NCBI GenBank assembly: GCA_964626855.1
Contig: CAZVKJ010000002.1
Span: 101,852 to 165,851 of the forward strand
Reading direction: 5' to 3'
Origin: an uncultured Bacteroidales bacterium
GTDB taxonomy: Bacteria > Bacteroidota > Bacteroidia > Bacteroidales > CAIWKO01
DNA length: 64,000 nt
Numbering within the stretch: position 1 is the stretch's first letter; every line of letters begins with the position of its first letter. The notes under the pieces were generated by a model that was given only the letters and a program-made list of their open reading frames with translations, had not been told where the DNA came from and did not search any database. This document shows, one piece after another, positions 10,167 to 19,185 of this stretch. Made by a program: the position numbers and the translations under genes.

Positions 10167-11357
10167 CTATAAAGTGTCTTTTATTATTCGTTTTGAAACT
10201 TCATTTATATAATATAAATTTAGTTTTTTTGTAGGATGCTGATCATTTTTAATGACATAGGATGTGTAATTTTCATAATAGTCATCAGGGGGCGGGATAA
10301 ATAGCACCTTGATATCTGGATTCAAATATTTTATCCATAATGTGTCGGCAATACATTCTTTTTTGGGATATAATCCGATATAAAAATTGCCATGAGGTTT
10401 AATGTCATGGTATTTTTTTGCTGAATAATTAATTATGTCAGCAAATCTTTTATAAAAAGCTTCTGTTTTCGGGTAAGAAAAATTAAGATGAAAATATTGT
10501 TTTATGCCTGAATTATTAAGAAACCAATATATGTAAGCCGATTTCATTTTGCGAATAAGCTTATTTTTGCTAATAAATATATCGGGATTTCCATACTTAT
10601 TTGCAACATTTCCGCCATGTCCGTAAACCCTGTTCATGTGATCGTCGATATATGTGTACAGGCAAAAACCGCTATCTTCAGGAACTGATTCCTTGTTTAT
10701 TGTATTTATGCCTTCATCAAATAGTAGGCATATTTGATGTGGCCCATATCCCCCTACACCATAATTGTAAACCTGATAATCCGTATGAGTTGATCCATAT
10801 AAGCATGGAAAAGTAGAGGTGTCGTTAAGCCCAACCCCAAATGTAAAAGAGCAACCCACAAAAATTGCATGTTTTGTTGTTGTAAATGGATGATATACAG
10901 GGTTTTTACAAAAGTTTGAAGTTATTCTCCTGCCCAATGAATCGGTTGAATAATATACATCATACACCGTATCTTTTCCTATTCCAAGTGTACATCGTTC
11001 ATCTTTTGCATTTGGTGCGTTTTTCCAGCCGATGATAGAATCCCCAATGATAAAATACTTGGCATTAAACTGTATTATCGTGTTGTTTTGGTTTTTTACA
11101 GCAAAAAATATTTCAACGATCAGAAAAATCAATATAAGTAGGCGGGAAAGGTATAGAAAATAGCTTCTTTTGATTAAAAAGATGCTCTGCAAAATATACA
11201 AAAAATAGCAAAAAAAGAACAAGGGAATAAGCAGATATTTTATAATTCCCACTGCAGTCAATTCAAAAAGTAAAACAGATATGATAAAAAGAAAGAAATA
11301 AGCAAATCTGTTTTTGTATAAAATTTCATTAAATTTTTGCAGGTATTTCCTCACCAT
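10167..11357 (-). CDS. membrane-anchored SGNH/GDSL-like hydrolase paralog A (396 aa)
   Basis: Three N-terminal TM helices are followed by a C-terminal domain. It has block I-like HAIFVGCSFTFGVG, block II-like NYGVGGYGP and block V-like KNDQHPT. It is collinear with the next gene over its full length. Confidence 0.6.
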   Translation of the reverse strand: MVRKYLQKFNEILYKNRFAYFFLFIISVLLFELTAVGIIKYLLIPLFFFCYFLYILQSIFLIKRSYFLYLSRLLILIFLIVEIFFAVKNQNNTIIQFNAKYFIIGDSIIGWKNAPNAKDERCTLGIGKDTVYDVYYSTDSLGRRITSNFCKNPVYHPFTTTKHAIFVGCSFTFGVGLNDTSTFPCLYGSTHTDYQVYNYGVGGYGPHQICLLFDEGINTINKESVPEDSGFCLYTYIDDHMNRVYGHGGNVANKYGNPDIFISKNKLIRKMKSAYIYWFLNNSGIKQYFHLNFSYPKTEAFYKRFADIINYSAKKYHDIKPHGNFYIGLYPKKECIADTLWIKYLNPDIKVLFIPPPDDYYENYTSYVIKNDQHPTKKLNLYYINEVSKRIIKDTL

Positions 11358-11426
11358 AAATGTCTCATTAATAATTTTTAACCATTATACTCCTATCCCA
11401 GCTTGTTGAATCTAAAAGCGAAAATC

Positions 11427-12608
11427 TCAGTTATCATTAACTATTAGTTTTGAAAAATTCCTGACATAGAATAAATTTAATTTTTTTGTAGGGTGCCCGT
11501 CATTTTTAATGACATAAGATGGATTATAACGAAAATCAACAGGCGGAGGAATGTTTAAAACTTTAATTTTTGGATCTAAAAACCTGATCCATGTAGTGTC
11601 TGAAATGTAGTTGCCGGGATACAGGCCAACATAAAATCTGCCACATGGTTTAATTTCCCAGTATTTCTGGGCGGTATAATTTATAATGCCGGCAAATCTC
11701 TTGTAAAACGCTTCGGTTTTTGGATATGTGAAATTAATTTTGAAAATCTGTTTAACCTCTGAATTATTGAAAAACCAGTAAAACCTTTCTGACTTCATTT
11801 TACGGGTCAGTTTATTATTGTTTACATAGACATCCGGATATCCATATTTATATGCGCCGCCCGTGTGCCCATAAACTCTGTTCAAATGATGGCCGATATA
11901 AGAATACAAACAAAAGCCACTATCCTCTGGAACTGTATTGTTATTAATAGTATTTATTCCTTCATCAAATAAAAGGCAATTGTGATTTGGTCCATACCCA
12001 TGAACTCCATAATTATATGATTTAAAATTTGGATACATGTGTTCAAACAGTGCGGGGAACGTAGAATTGTATGAGAGGCCCGATCCGAAAGTAAAAGAGC
12101 ATCCAAGGAATATAGCATGTTTGTTTTTTACGGATTCCGGGGATAATGTGTCGTCAACGTCATTAGTAGAAGGGATTCTTCTTCCTAATCCGTCAGTCGA
12201 GTAGTAAACATCATATACCGTGTCTTTTCCAATTCCTAAAGTACATCTTTCATTTACACTATTTGGCCTGTTTCTCCAGCCAATAATAGAATCACTTATA
12301 ATAAAATACTTGGCATTGAACTGAATGAATGATTTGTTTTCATTTAGTATGGCGAAAAAAAGTTCGACGCATAAAAAAATCATTAAAAGAATACGGGTAA
12401 TATATAAAATATAGTTTTTTTTAATGAGTAAAATACTTTGAATTATATAGGAGAAATAGCAGAAAAAGAAAATTAGTATAAGCAGATATTTTATATTACC
12501 CTGAGCTGTTAATTTAAAAAGGACAAGAGACATCGTCAGAAGTATAATATAGGCAAATCTGTTCTTGTATAAAATTTTATTGAATTTATCTATGTATTTA
12601 TTTGCCAT
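11427..12608 (-). CDS. membrane-anchored SGNH/GDSL-like hydrolase paralog B (393 aa)
   Basis: Same architecture as 10167..11357, with HAIFLGCSFTFGSG, NYGVHGYGP and KNDGHPT. Both begin M..KY..KFN.ILYKNRFAY. Confidence 0.6.
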   Translation of the reverse strand: MANKYIDKFNKILYKNRFAYIILLTMSLVLFKLTAQGNIKYLLILIFFFCYFSYIIQSILLIKKNYILYITRILLMIFLCVELFFAILNENKSFIQFNAKYFIISDSIIGWRNRPNSVNERCTLGIGKDTVYDVYYSTDGLGRRIPSTNDVDDTLSPESVKNKHAIFLGCSFTFGSGLSYNSTFPALFEHMYPNFKSYNYGVHGYGPNHNCLLFDEGINTINNNTVPEDSGFCLYSYIGHHLNRVYGHTGGAYKYGYPDVYVNNNKLTRKMKSERFYWFFNNSEVKQIFKINFTYPKTEAFYKRFAGIINYTAQKYWEIKPCGRFYVGLYPGNYISDTTWIRFLDPKIKVLNIPPPVDFRYNPSYVIKNDGHPTKKLNLFYVRNFSKLIVNDN

Positions 12609-12672
12609 AACTATTCAATGATATACTGTTTTTCAAATTACTCAACTCTCAATTTTGTGTTGTTTGTAAATC

Positions 12673-12680
12673 CAAAAATA
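12673..12680 (-). promoter_or_regulatory. candidate -7 promoter box for the SGNH paralog pair
   Basis: The coding strand reads TATTTTTG, 65-72 nt upstream of the ATG at 12608. Confidence 0.3.
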
Positions 12681-12981
12681 ATTCAAAGATTTGATTTGTT
12701 CTGAAAAAATTAATATCTCGTTTTTTGCGGATATTGCGGGAGCCAATAAAATAAACAATATAAACAGACGAGCATAATGCTTTTTCTATTGACAAAGTAT
12801 TAAAGGTGTTTAAATAATATTAACGGACAATAATTTTATGTCCGTCACTGTGTAAGATGATAAAGATTATGAGCATCCAAACGAAATACGAGTCGGTACT
12901 TATCTTATTGGAAAACAAATATATTTTCGTGGCTAGAATCCATTTTTAATCAAAAACACCAAGAATATATTTGCAATTTAC

Positions 12982-12989
12982 TATCTTTG
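12982..12989 (+). promoter_or_regulatory. candidate -7 promoter box upstream of the TMTC-like gene
   Basis: TATCTTTG lies about 105 nt upstream of the ATG at 13094. Confidence 0.3.
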
Positions 12990-13093
12990 AAATTTATGAA
13001 ATCTTGGGATTTTTGCTGATTCCTGACTTTGCAAATATCCGTCAGCGTTCAGATTCTTATGGTTAATAAATTTAAAATGTGTATAATTAAAAA

Positions 13094-15163
13094 ATGAAGA
13101 AACTGCCACATCAAAAAATACCTGTAAAAAAGGGAAATACAAAACACATCCCTAAGCAGGGACAGTATTTCGAATACCCCAGATATTTTAACATTATAGG
13201 GTTGGCAACAGTTATTATTCTTGGAATCATTATTTATTCTAATACTTTTAAGAGCCCGTTCATTTTTGATGACAATGTTCAGATCGTTGACAATACTGCT
13301 ATAAGGAATATTTCGGATGTAAATACCTGGTGGAATTATAGCACTGCCCGTCCTGTCAGTATGTTCACCTTTGTGCTTAATTATCATTTCAACCAGTTTG
13401 ATGTACGTTATTATCATCTGGTCAACCTGATCATTCACCTCATTAATGCCTGCCTGGTCTGGTGGCTTACTTTATTGATATTTTCCACCCCGGCGCTAAA
13501 AAATTATTCCATTATCAGGTATAAAAGACTTCTTGCTTTTTTTACCGCATTGCTTTTTGTTTCGCATCCCTTAGCAACACAGTCAGTAACATACATCATT
13601 CAACGGCAAACAGCCATGGCTGCCATGTTTTATTTCCTTTCCCTGGCGCTATACACTAAAGGTCGATTATCGGATAACTCCGGTAACATAAAATATGTTT
13701 TTTTTCTTTTAGCGCTGCTGTCTGCAATTTTATCAATCTTTTCAAAAGAAAACGGGTATACAATTCCGCTTACGATTTTACTTTTTGAAATCTTTTTATT
13801 CCGAAAGAAGATTTTTTCATTCAGTAAAAAAGAGCTCCGGATTATTTTAATGCTTATGGGATCGGTCGGGTTGCTGGTCCTCTTTATGTATATATTTTCC
13901 TTGAGTATTTTCAGCCCTAAATTCAAGTTAAATATTTTTGATCCCATACCGGCGATCAACGGGAATACACATATTGTTACCCCGTACAATTATTTTATCA
14001 CCCAATTCAGTGTGGTGATAAAATACCTGCAACTTTTGATGCTGCCAATAAATCAAAATCTTGATTATGATTACCCGTTGGCAAAAAATTTCTTTGAATT
14101 AAAAACATTAATTAGTTTCCTGTTTCTGTTGGCAATCATTGTCGCGGCTTTGATTTTATTTAAAAAGCACAGGTTTTTTTCATTCGGTATATTCTGGTTT
14201 TTCATTACGCTGTCAATTGAATCAACCATCATTCCTTTGGCAGATCTGATTTATGAACATCGTACATATATTCCGTCATTTGGTTTTTTTCTGGCGCTTA
14301 CTTCCGTTGTTTATTTGCTACTTGGGAAAAAGCATAAATATTTGCCTTTTGTGATTCTTATATTTATCGTATTGTGCAATTCAGTAATGACTTTTCAAAG
14401 AAACAAAGTATGGAAAAGCGAATTGAGCCTATGGGACGATGTGGTTTCTAAATCGCCCGACAAAGCCAGGCCTCACCTCAGCCGGGGATTTGCATATAAT
14501 CATCTGGGGCAGTATTACAAAGCAATAGATGATTATTCCAGAGCTATTGAGATAGCGCCAAATTATTATGACGCCTATTATAATCGTGGCGTTAATTATG
14601 GAAATACCAGTCAATGGGCGAATGCGGCGAGTGACTTTACAAAGGTCATTGAACACGAACCTGGGAATTTTTTAGCCTATTCAAACAGAGGTGTGGCATA
14701 CGGAAACCTTGGCCAATGGGATAAATCAATAGCTGACAATGATATGATCATCAAGCTTGATCCGGGATTTGCCGTTGGTTATTACAACAGGGGTCTTTCA
14801 TATAAAAATGCCGGGCAGTATGAAAAAGCGATTGCTGATTTTACGGAAGCTACGCTGCATGATTTGAAATATACCCAGGCATATTATAACCGTGGAGTAA
14901 TTAACAAAGATATCGGGTTTCCATACAAGGCAAAATGGGATTTTACCAAAACACTGGAATTAGATCCAAAACACATCGGTGCTTATAACAACAGGGGAAT
15001 AATTTTTATGCAGCTTGAGAACTGGGATAGTGCTTATATTGACTTTTCAAAAGCCGTTGAACTTGATCCTGATTTCGCTGATGCCCTCCAAAACCGTGAT
15101 ATAGCCTATAAAAAGATTAAGCAAAAAGATCCAAAATGGCTTAAATCGGCATTGCCATTTTAA
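13094..15163 (+). CDS. TMTC-like polytopic membrane protein with C-terminal TPR array (putative GT-C protein O-glycosyltransferase)
   Basis: There are about 10-11 TM helices, with an early luminal FIFDDNVQIVDN motif typical of the DUF1736/TMTC family. Then come about 7 TPR units with recurring A-Y-Y-N-R-G (AYYNRGVNYGN, AYSNRGVAYGN, GYYNRGLSYKN, AYYNRGVINKD, AYNNRGIIFMQ). Confidence 0.7.
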   Translation: MKKLPHQKIPVKKGNTKHIPKQGQYFEYPRYFNIIGLATVIILGIIIYSNTFKSPFIFDDNVQIVDNTAIRNISDVNTWWNYSTARPVSMFTFVLNYHFNQFDVRYYHLVNLIIHLINACLVWWLTLLIFSTPALKNYSIIRYKRLLAFFTALLFVSHPLATQSVTYIIQRQTAMAAMFYFLSLALYTKGRLSDNSGNIKYVFFLLALLSAILSIFSKENGYTIPLTILLFEIFLFRKKIFSFSKKELRIILMLMGSVGLLVLFMYIFSLSIFSPKFKLNIFDPIPAINGNTHIVTPYNYFITQFSVVIKYLQLLMLPINQNLDYDYPLAKNFFELKTLISFLFLLAIIVAALILFKKHRFFSFGIFWFFITLSIESTIIPLADLIYEHRTYIPSFGFFLALTSVVYLLLGKKHKYLPFVILIFIVLCNSVMTFQRNKVWKSELSLWDDVVSKSPDKARPHLSRGFAYNHLGQYYKAIDDYSRAIEIAPNYYDAYYNRGVNYGNTSQWANAASDFTKVIEHEPGNFLAYSNRGVAYGNLGQWDKSIADNDMIIKLDPGFAVGYYNRGLSYKNAGQYEKAIADFTEATLHDLKYTQAYYNRGVINKDIGFPYKAKWDFTKTLELDPKHIGAYNNRGIIFMQLENWDSAYIDFSKAVELDPDFADALQNRDIAYKKIKQKDPKWLKSALPF

Positions 15164-15243
15164 AATTTGAATGGAATAATTGTAAGTGGTTGAATATGAG
15201 AACAAATCGTATTTTTTAAAGAAATATTTAATAAAATTGAATT

Positions 15244-15251
15244 ATCTTTGT
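15244..15251 (+). promoter_or_regulatory. candidate -7 promoter box for the GT2 / GT9 / GT-C gene string
   Basis: TATCTTTG lies 28 nt upstream of the ATG at 15279. Confidence 0.45.
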
Positions 15252-15278
15252 TAGAAAAATAAAATAAAACAGACCTCA

Positions 15279-16163
15279 ATGGAAGAAAATCATAGTTTAA
15301 CGGTTATTATTCCGGCATTTAACGAGGCAGATAATTTAAAGACAGTACTACCTCCTCTTATAGAACTCAGTAATAAAAATCATTGGAAAATTATTGTTGT
15401 AAATGATGGGTCGGTTGATAAAACCGGGACGGTGCTGAATGATTTCCAGGATGAAGCATGTTTTAGCATAATTAAACATAAGATCAACAGGGGTTATGGC
15501 GCTGCCATCAAAAGCGGGATACTGGCTTCGAAAACCGAATTTATTATTACAATTGATGCCGATGGCCAGCATAGTGTGGAAGATGTTGAGAAACTTTACA
15601 ATAGTATCATCATCAAAGATGCCGATATGATTGTGGGTTCAAGAAGAGGCTCCCAGTCGTCATCTTTTTTCCGCGGCATCGGGAAGTGGTTGATCAGAAT
15701 GATTGCTAAAATTCTTATGAGCGTTCCGGTTCATGATATTAATTCGGGCATGAAAATATACCGTACCGACCTGGCCCGTAAATATATAAACCTTACCCCG
15801 AATACGATGTCATACAGTGATATTATTACGCTGATCTTTCTGAACAACCGGCACGTAGTGCTTGAAGAACCGATTACTGTGACAAAAAGGTTAAAGGGTG
15901 AAAGCACTATAAGTATTGAAACCGCTTTTAACACAGTAATGGAGATCATTAACATTGTAATACTATTTAATCCAGCCAAAATTTTTATTCCTTTATCGAT
16001 AATATCGTTAATATTGGGTTTTGGCCTGGGATTGCCAATTCTAATAACCGGAAGAGGGATATCAATTGGTTGCCTGCTAGGCGTAGTTGCCGGAATTATC
16101 TTTTTTCTGCTGGGGTTAATTGCAGAACAACTTTCGCTGATAAGCCGAAAAAACATCAACTAA
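15279..16163 (+). CDS. family 2 glycosyltransferase, polyprenyl-phosphate sugar synthase type (DPM1/ArnC-like) with C-terminal TM helices
   Basis: LTVIIPAFNEADNL, VVNDGSVDKT, RGYGAAIKSG and ITIDADGQH (DXD) are followed by two C-terminal TM helices. Confidence 0.75.
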   Translation: MEENHSLTVIIPAFNEADNLKTVLPPLIELSNKNHWKIIVVNDGSVDKTGTVLNDFQDEACFSIIKHKINRGYGAAIKSGILASKTEFIITIDADGQHSVEDVEKLYNSIIIKDADMIVGSRRGSQSSSFFRGIGKWLIRMIAKILMSVPVHDINSGMKIYRTDLARKYINLTPNTMSYSDIITLIFLNNRHVVLEEPITVTKRLKGESTISIETAFNTVMEIINIVILFNPAKIFIPLSIISLILGFGLGLPILITGRGISIGCLLGVVAGIIFFLLGLIAEQLSLISRKNIN

Positions 16164-16167
16164 TCAA

Positions 16168-17262
16168 GTGATAATGGTCCGGGTACTTAGGGTAATTGAT
16201 AAATATGCTGGGATTATTATAATCTTTTTTCTTTCATTTTTCAGGCACATTAATAAAACGGACAACGCCGGAAAGCGATTTCTGGTGATAAAATTATGGG
16301 CAATGGGTGATTCCATTGTTACTCTGTCTTTGATCAAAGGTATCAGGGAATCTTTTCAGGATTGTACAATTGATGTTCTGCTGAGAAATCGTGTAATAGA
16401 TGTTTATGAGAGTTATCCTGTGGATCATATTTATAATATTGATTTTTTTTCAGACATTGTAAAAATATTAAAATTGACAAGAAAGTATGATGTCGTTTTT
16501 GATTGTGAACCCTATTTTAATTTGAGTGCAATTCTGTCGTTTTTTTTAGGAAAAGAAAGAATAGGATTTGCAAATCAGTACCGTTCGCACCTTTATACTA
16601 AAACAACAGTTTTCAGAAAAGACCAGCACATGGTGCAAAATTACCTGGATATGCTTAGGGTTTTGGGTAAACAATATAATGCAAAATCCTTGGAAAAATT
16701 AGATGTGAGTCCAAATGATAAAGTAAAAGTTGATGAGTTTTTTGCGCGTAATTTTCATGACAAACCAGTTATTGGCCTGACTCCCGGTGTTGCAGAATCT
16801 TCCAAAAACAGGATGTGGTTTGAAGATAGGTTTGCGGAATTGGCTGACAGGCTGATTGACGTTTCAGGTTGCGATGTGATCATCATTGATCACAAGGATA
16901 ATAAGGAAATTGTCGAAAAAATTATTTCGTTAATGAAGCGGGAAGCAATCAACGCGATGGGTATTTTTAGCTTAAAAGAAACTTTTTACCTGATCTCAAA
17001 ATGTAATATCTTTATAAGCAATGATACCGGCCCCATGCATATCGCAGCAGCACAGGGATGCAGGACGATAGGGCTTTTTGGGCCTAATACCCCTGTGCTT
17101 TGGGCGCCTTATGGAGAAGGAAATATTTCTATTTACAAAACGGTATTACAACCTGCCATTCAAAATGATAAAGGAATATTTAAAGATGGTGATCGTAATG
17201 GATATATGGGGCCAATTACGGTTGACGATGTTTTTGAAGCGGTAGAAAAATGTCTGTCATGA
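16168..17262 (+). CDS. family 9 glycosyltransferase (heptosyltransferase-like)
   Basis: FLVIKLWAMGDSIVTLSL at the N-terminus and ISNDTGPMHIAAAQG...GLFGP near the C-terminus are GT9 hallmarks. The start could be GTG at 16168 or ATG at 16174. Confidence 0.75.
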   Translation: MIMVRVLRVIDKYAGIIIIFFLSFFRHINKTDNAGKRFLVIKLWAMGDSIVTLSLIKGIRESFQDCTIDVLLRNRVIDVYESYPVDHIYNIDFFSDIVKILKLTRKYDVVFDCEPYFNLSAILSFFLGKERIGFANQYRSHLYTKTTVFRKDQHMVQNYLDMLRVLGKQYNAKSLEKLDVSPNDKVKVDEFFARNFHDKPVIGLTPGVAESSKNRMWFEDRFAELADRLIDVSGCDVIIIDHKDNKEIVEKIISLMKREAINAMGIFSLKETFYLISKCNIFISNDTGPMHIAAAQGCRTIGLFGPNTPVLWAPYGEGNISIYKTVLQPAIQNDKGIFKDGDRNGYMGPITVDDVFEAVEKCLS

Positions 17263-17369
17263 TGAAAACTAATAATATAAAAGGAGTTACTGTCCATGGT
17301 TTAATTTTCTTTGCCATGTTTTTTCTCATACTTTTTTATTCAGCAATAATGTGGTCAACAAGCGAATAA
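17259..17369 (+). CDS. possible 36-aa single-TM micro-protein (below ORF-track cutoff)
   Basis: Its ATG overlaps the GT9 TGA stop (ATGA). It reads MMKTNNIKGVTVHGLIFFAMFFLILFYSAIMWSTSE, with one clear hydrophobic helix. It fills the otherwise empty gap before 17374. Confidence 0.3.
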   Translation: MMKTNNIKGVTVHGLIFFAMFFLILFYSAIMWSTSE

Positions 17370-17373
17370 TGTT

Positions 17374-17838
17374 ATGCATATATCACCTATGAAAAAAGTA
17401 TTGTCTGTTTGTCTGTTTATTTTGCTGATGATTTCAGCGCTTCCGTTCTTTATTACTTATGTTGACCGACAGTATACAGGCATTGATTCTTTACAAAGTA
17501 CTTTACAAAAGTTTGAGCAAATTGTTCCGAAATCTGCAACAGTATACTATTTTTCAGGAGATAAGGATTGCGCAGGCATTACTTCCGGTCAGAATATCAT
17601 ATACCCACAGTCTGAGTATAAAACTTCTTTTATGATTCAATTTATTTTGGCGCCGAGAATTGTCACCATTATGAACTATCAGGATATTCCTCCTGAAAGC
17701 TTTATCCTTATTGATCAACAAAAGGACTCTATAGTTAATACCAAACGAAATACAGGGCAAATATTTGATAGCTCGGACTCCTTGCTTTCAGTTTGTGATG
17801 GTAAATACTATTTTACACTCTTAAAGAAAAAAAGATGA
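17374..17838 (+). CDS. hypothetical N-terminally anchored/secreted protein (154 aa)
   Basis: The ORF has a signal/anchor helix MKKVLSVCLFILLMISALPFF. Its stop overlaps the next gene's ATG (ATGA at 17835-17838). Confidence 0.5.
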   Translation: MHISPMKKVLSVCLFILLMISALPFFITYVDRQYTGIDSLQSTLQKFEQIVPKSATVYYFSGDKDCAGITSGQNIIYPQSEYKTSFMIQFILAPRIVTIMNYQDIPPESFILIDQQKDSIVNTKRNTGQIFDSSDSLLSVCDGKYYFTLLKKKR

Positions 17839-19148
17839 TACTTATAGCAGTTTTACTTTGCATATTGTCTTTCTATATTTTGATTGATAAACATTTGTCT
17901 GTCGGGAATGTTTTGTTAAAATTATCCCTGGCTTATTTTTTCTGCTTTTCATTATTATCGCTACTTTATATATGCATCCTTTTTTTGGGGATAAACTTCA
18001 TTGTTTTCCAGATAATATTAATAATAATCCCTATAATTTTCCTGCTAAATCAAATTAGGAAAAAAGCATTCAGAAAGCCCAGGATTCCTGATTTAAGCGG
18101 GCTGTCATTCCCACTATTGATCATCATCTTTTTATGTATTCTGATTTTTACGGTCATTTTCTTTTTATCAACTAAACGCTGGGGAGCCGGAGATGCCTGG
18201 CAAATCTGGACACTGCATGCGAAATTTCTTGTATATAAGGTTGAGTTTGCAAATTTGTTTGGAAAGGATATGATATTTTCACATGCGGATTATCCCCTGA
18301 TGTTGCCAGGTTTCATTGCCATGGTATGGCGTTCATTGGGAACTTTTTCCTCTGCGGTTCCCATGATGGTTGCATATATAAACGGAGCACTACTGATACT
18401 GATGCTGTTTGCATCCTTTTATGAAAAAAAATTCACGATGCTGAGCGTTATTGTAATGGCCATCCTGACTTGTCCGCCTGTGTTGTTTCCATACCTAAGC
18501 TCACAATATTCCGATACCTTGTTAGCCGTTTTCATTCTGGTCACATTTATTTTGATGGAACATATTCCTGAGAAAAAACAAGGATTATCATTATTTATGA
18601 TCGGCTTTTTTTCTGCTTCATGCGGATGGATTAAGAATGAGGGGCTCGCTTTTTTTGTCATCTTCACCTTGTTTTTTATTATAAAACATTTCAGAAATAT
18701 CAATAAAATAAAGTTTTATCTGGCGGGAATAGTATTCCCTTTATTGGTAGTGGTAATATTTAAAATAGTTTATGCCCCGTCAAATGATTTAATAGCCGGG
18801 CAGTCAGGAAATTATCTGGCTAAACTTTTTGATGTAAGCAGATATATAACGATAATGAAGTTTTTAATAAACGTTACAGTTGCGCTCCATTGCCAGATGA
18901 TGTACATTTTATTGGCGTCCATTCTTATCATAAATTACAGGTATTTTTATTCTTTTAGTTTTGCTGTCATTTTTATATTATTGACGGTGTACTTTTTTGT
19001 TTACGTTTTTACACCCCTCAATTTGAATTATCATTTATATAGTTCATATGACAGGTTGCTTCATCATGTTTTTCCGGCATTGATGTACACAGTATTTTTG
19101 AGCGCTGCAGAAAAGTTTAAAAAGAAGAATGTTTTGATGACTTCATAA
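17835..19148 (+). CDS. polytopic membrane protein, GT-C (ArnT/PMT)-like by architecture (437 aa)
   Basis: It has about 11-12 TM helices, is translationally coupled to the upstream gene, and sits downstream of a polyprenyl-P sugar synthase. No catalytic motif could be verified by eye. Confidence 0.5.
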   Translation: MILIAVLLCILSFYILIDKHLSVGNVLLKLSLAYFFCFSLLSLLYICILFLGINFIVFQIILIIIPIIFLLNQIRKKAFRKPRIPDLSGLSFPLLIIIFLCILIFTVIFFLSTKRWGAGDAWQIWTLHAKFLVYKVEFANLFGKDMIFSHADYPLMLPGFIAMVWRSLGTFSSAVPMMVAYINGALLILMLFASFYEKKFTMLSVIVMAILTCPPVLFPYLSSQYSDTLLAVFILVTFILMEHIPEKKQGLSLFMIGFFSASCGWIKNEGLAFFVIFTLFFIIKHFRNINKIKFYLAGIVFPLLVVVIFKIVYAPSNDLIAGQSGNYLAKLFDVSRYITIMKFLINVTVALHCQMMYILLASILIINYRYFYSFSFAVIFILLTVYFFVYVFTPLNLNYHLYSSYDRLLHHVFPALMYTVFLSAAEKFKKKNVLMTS

Positions 19149-19185
19149 TCAGAGCATTGTATTGTAACACAAAAATCAGGGTATA

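Noticed and set aside
13049-13438. 129-aa minus-strand ORF across the start of the TMTC-like gene.
   Set aside because: It overlaps a well-supported plus-strand membrane protein, has no motif and looks like an antisense artefact.
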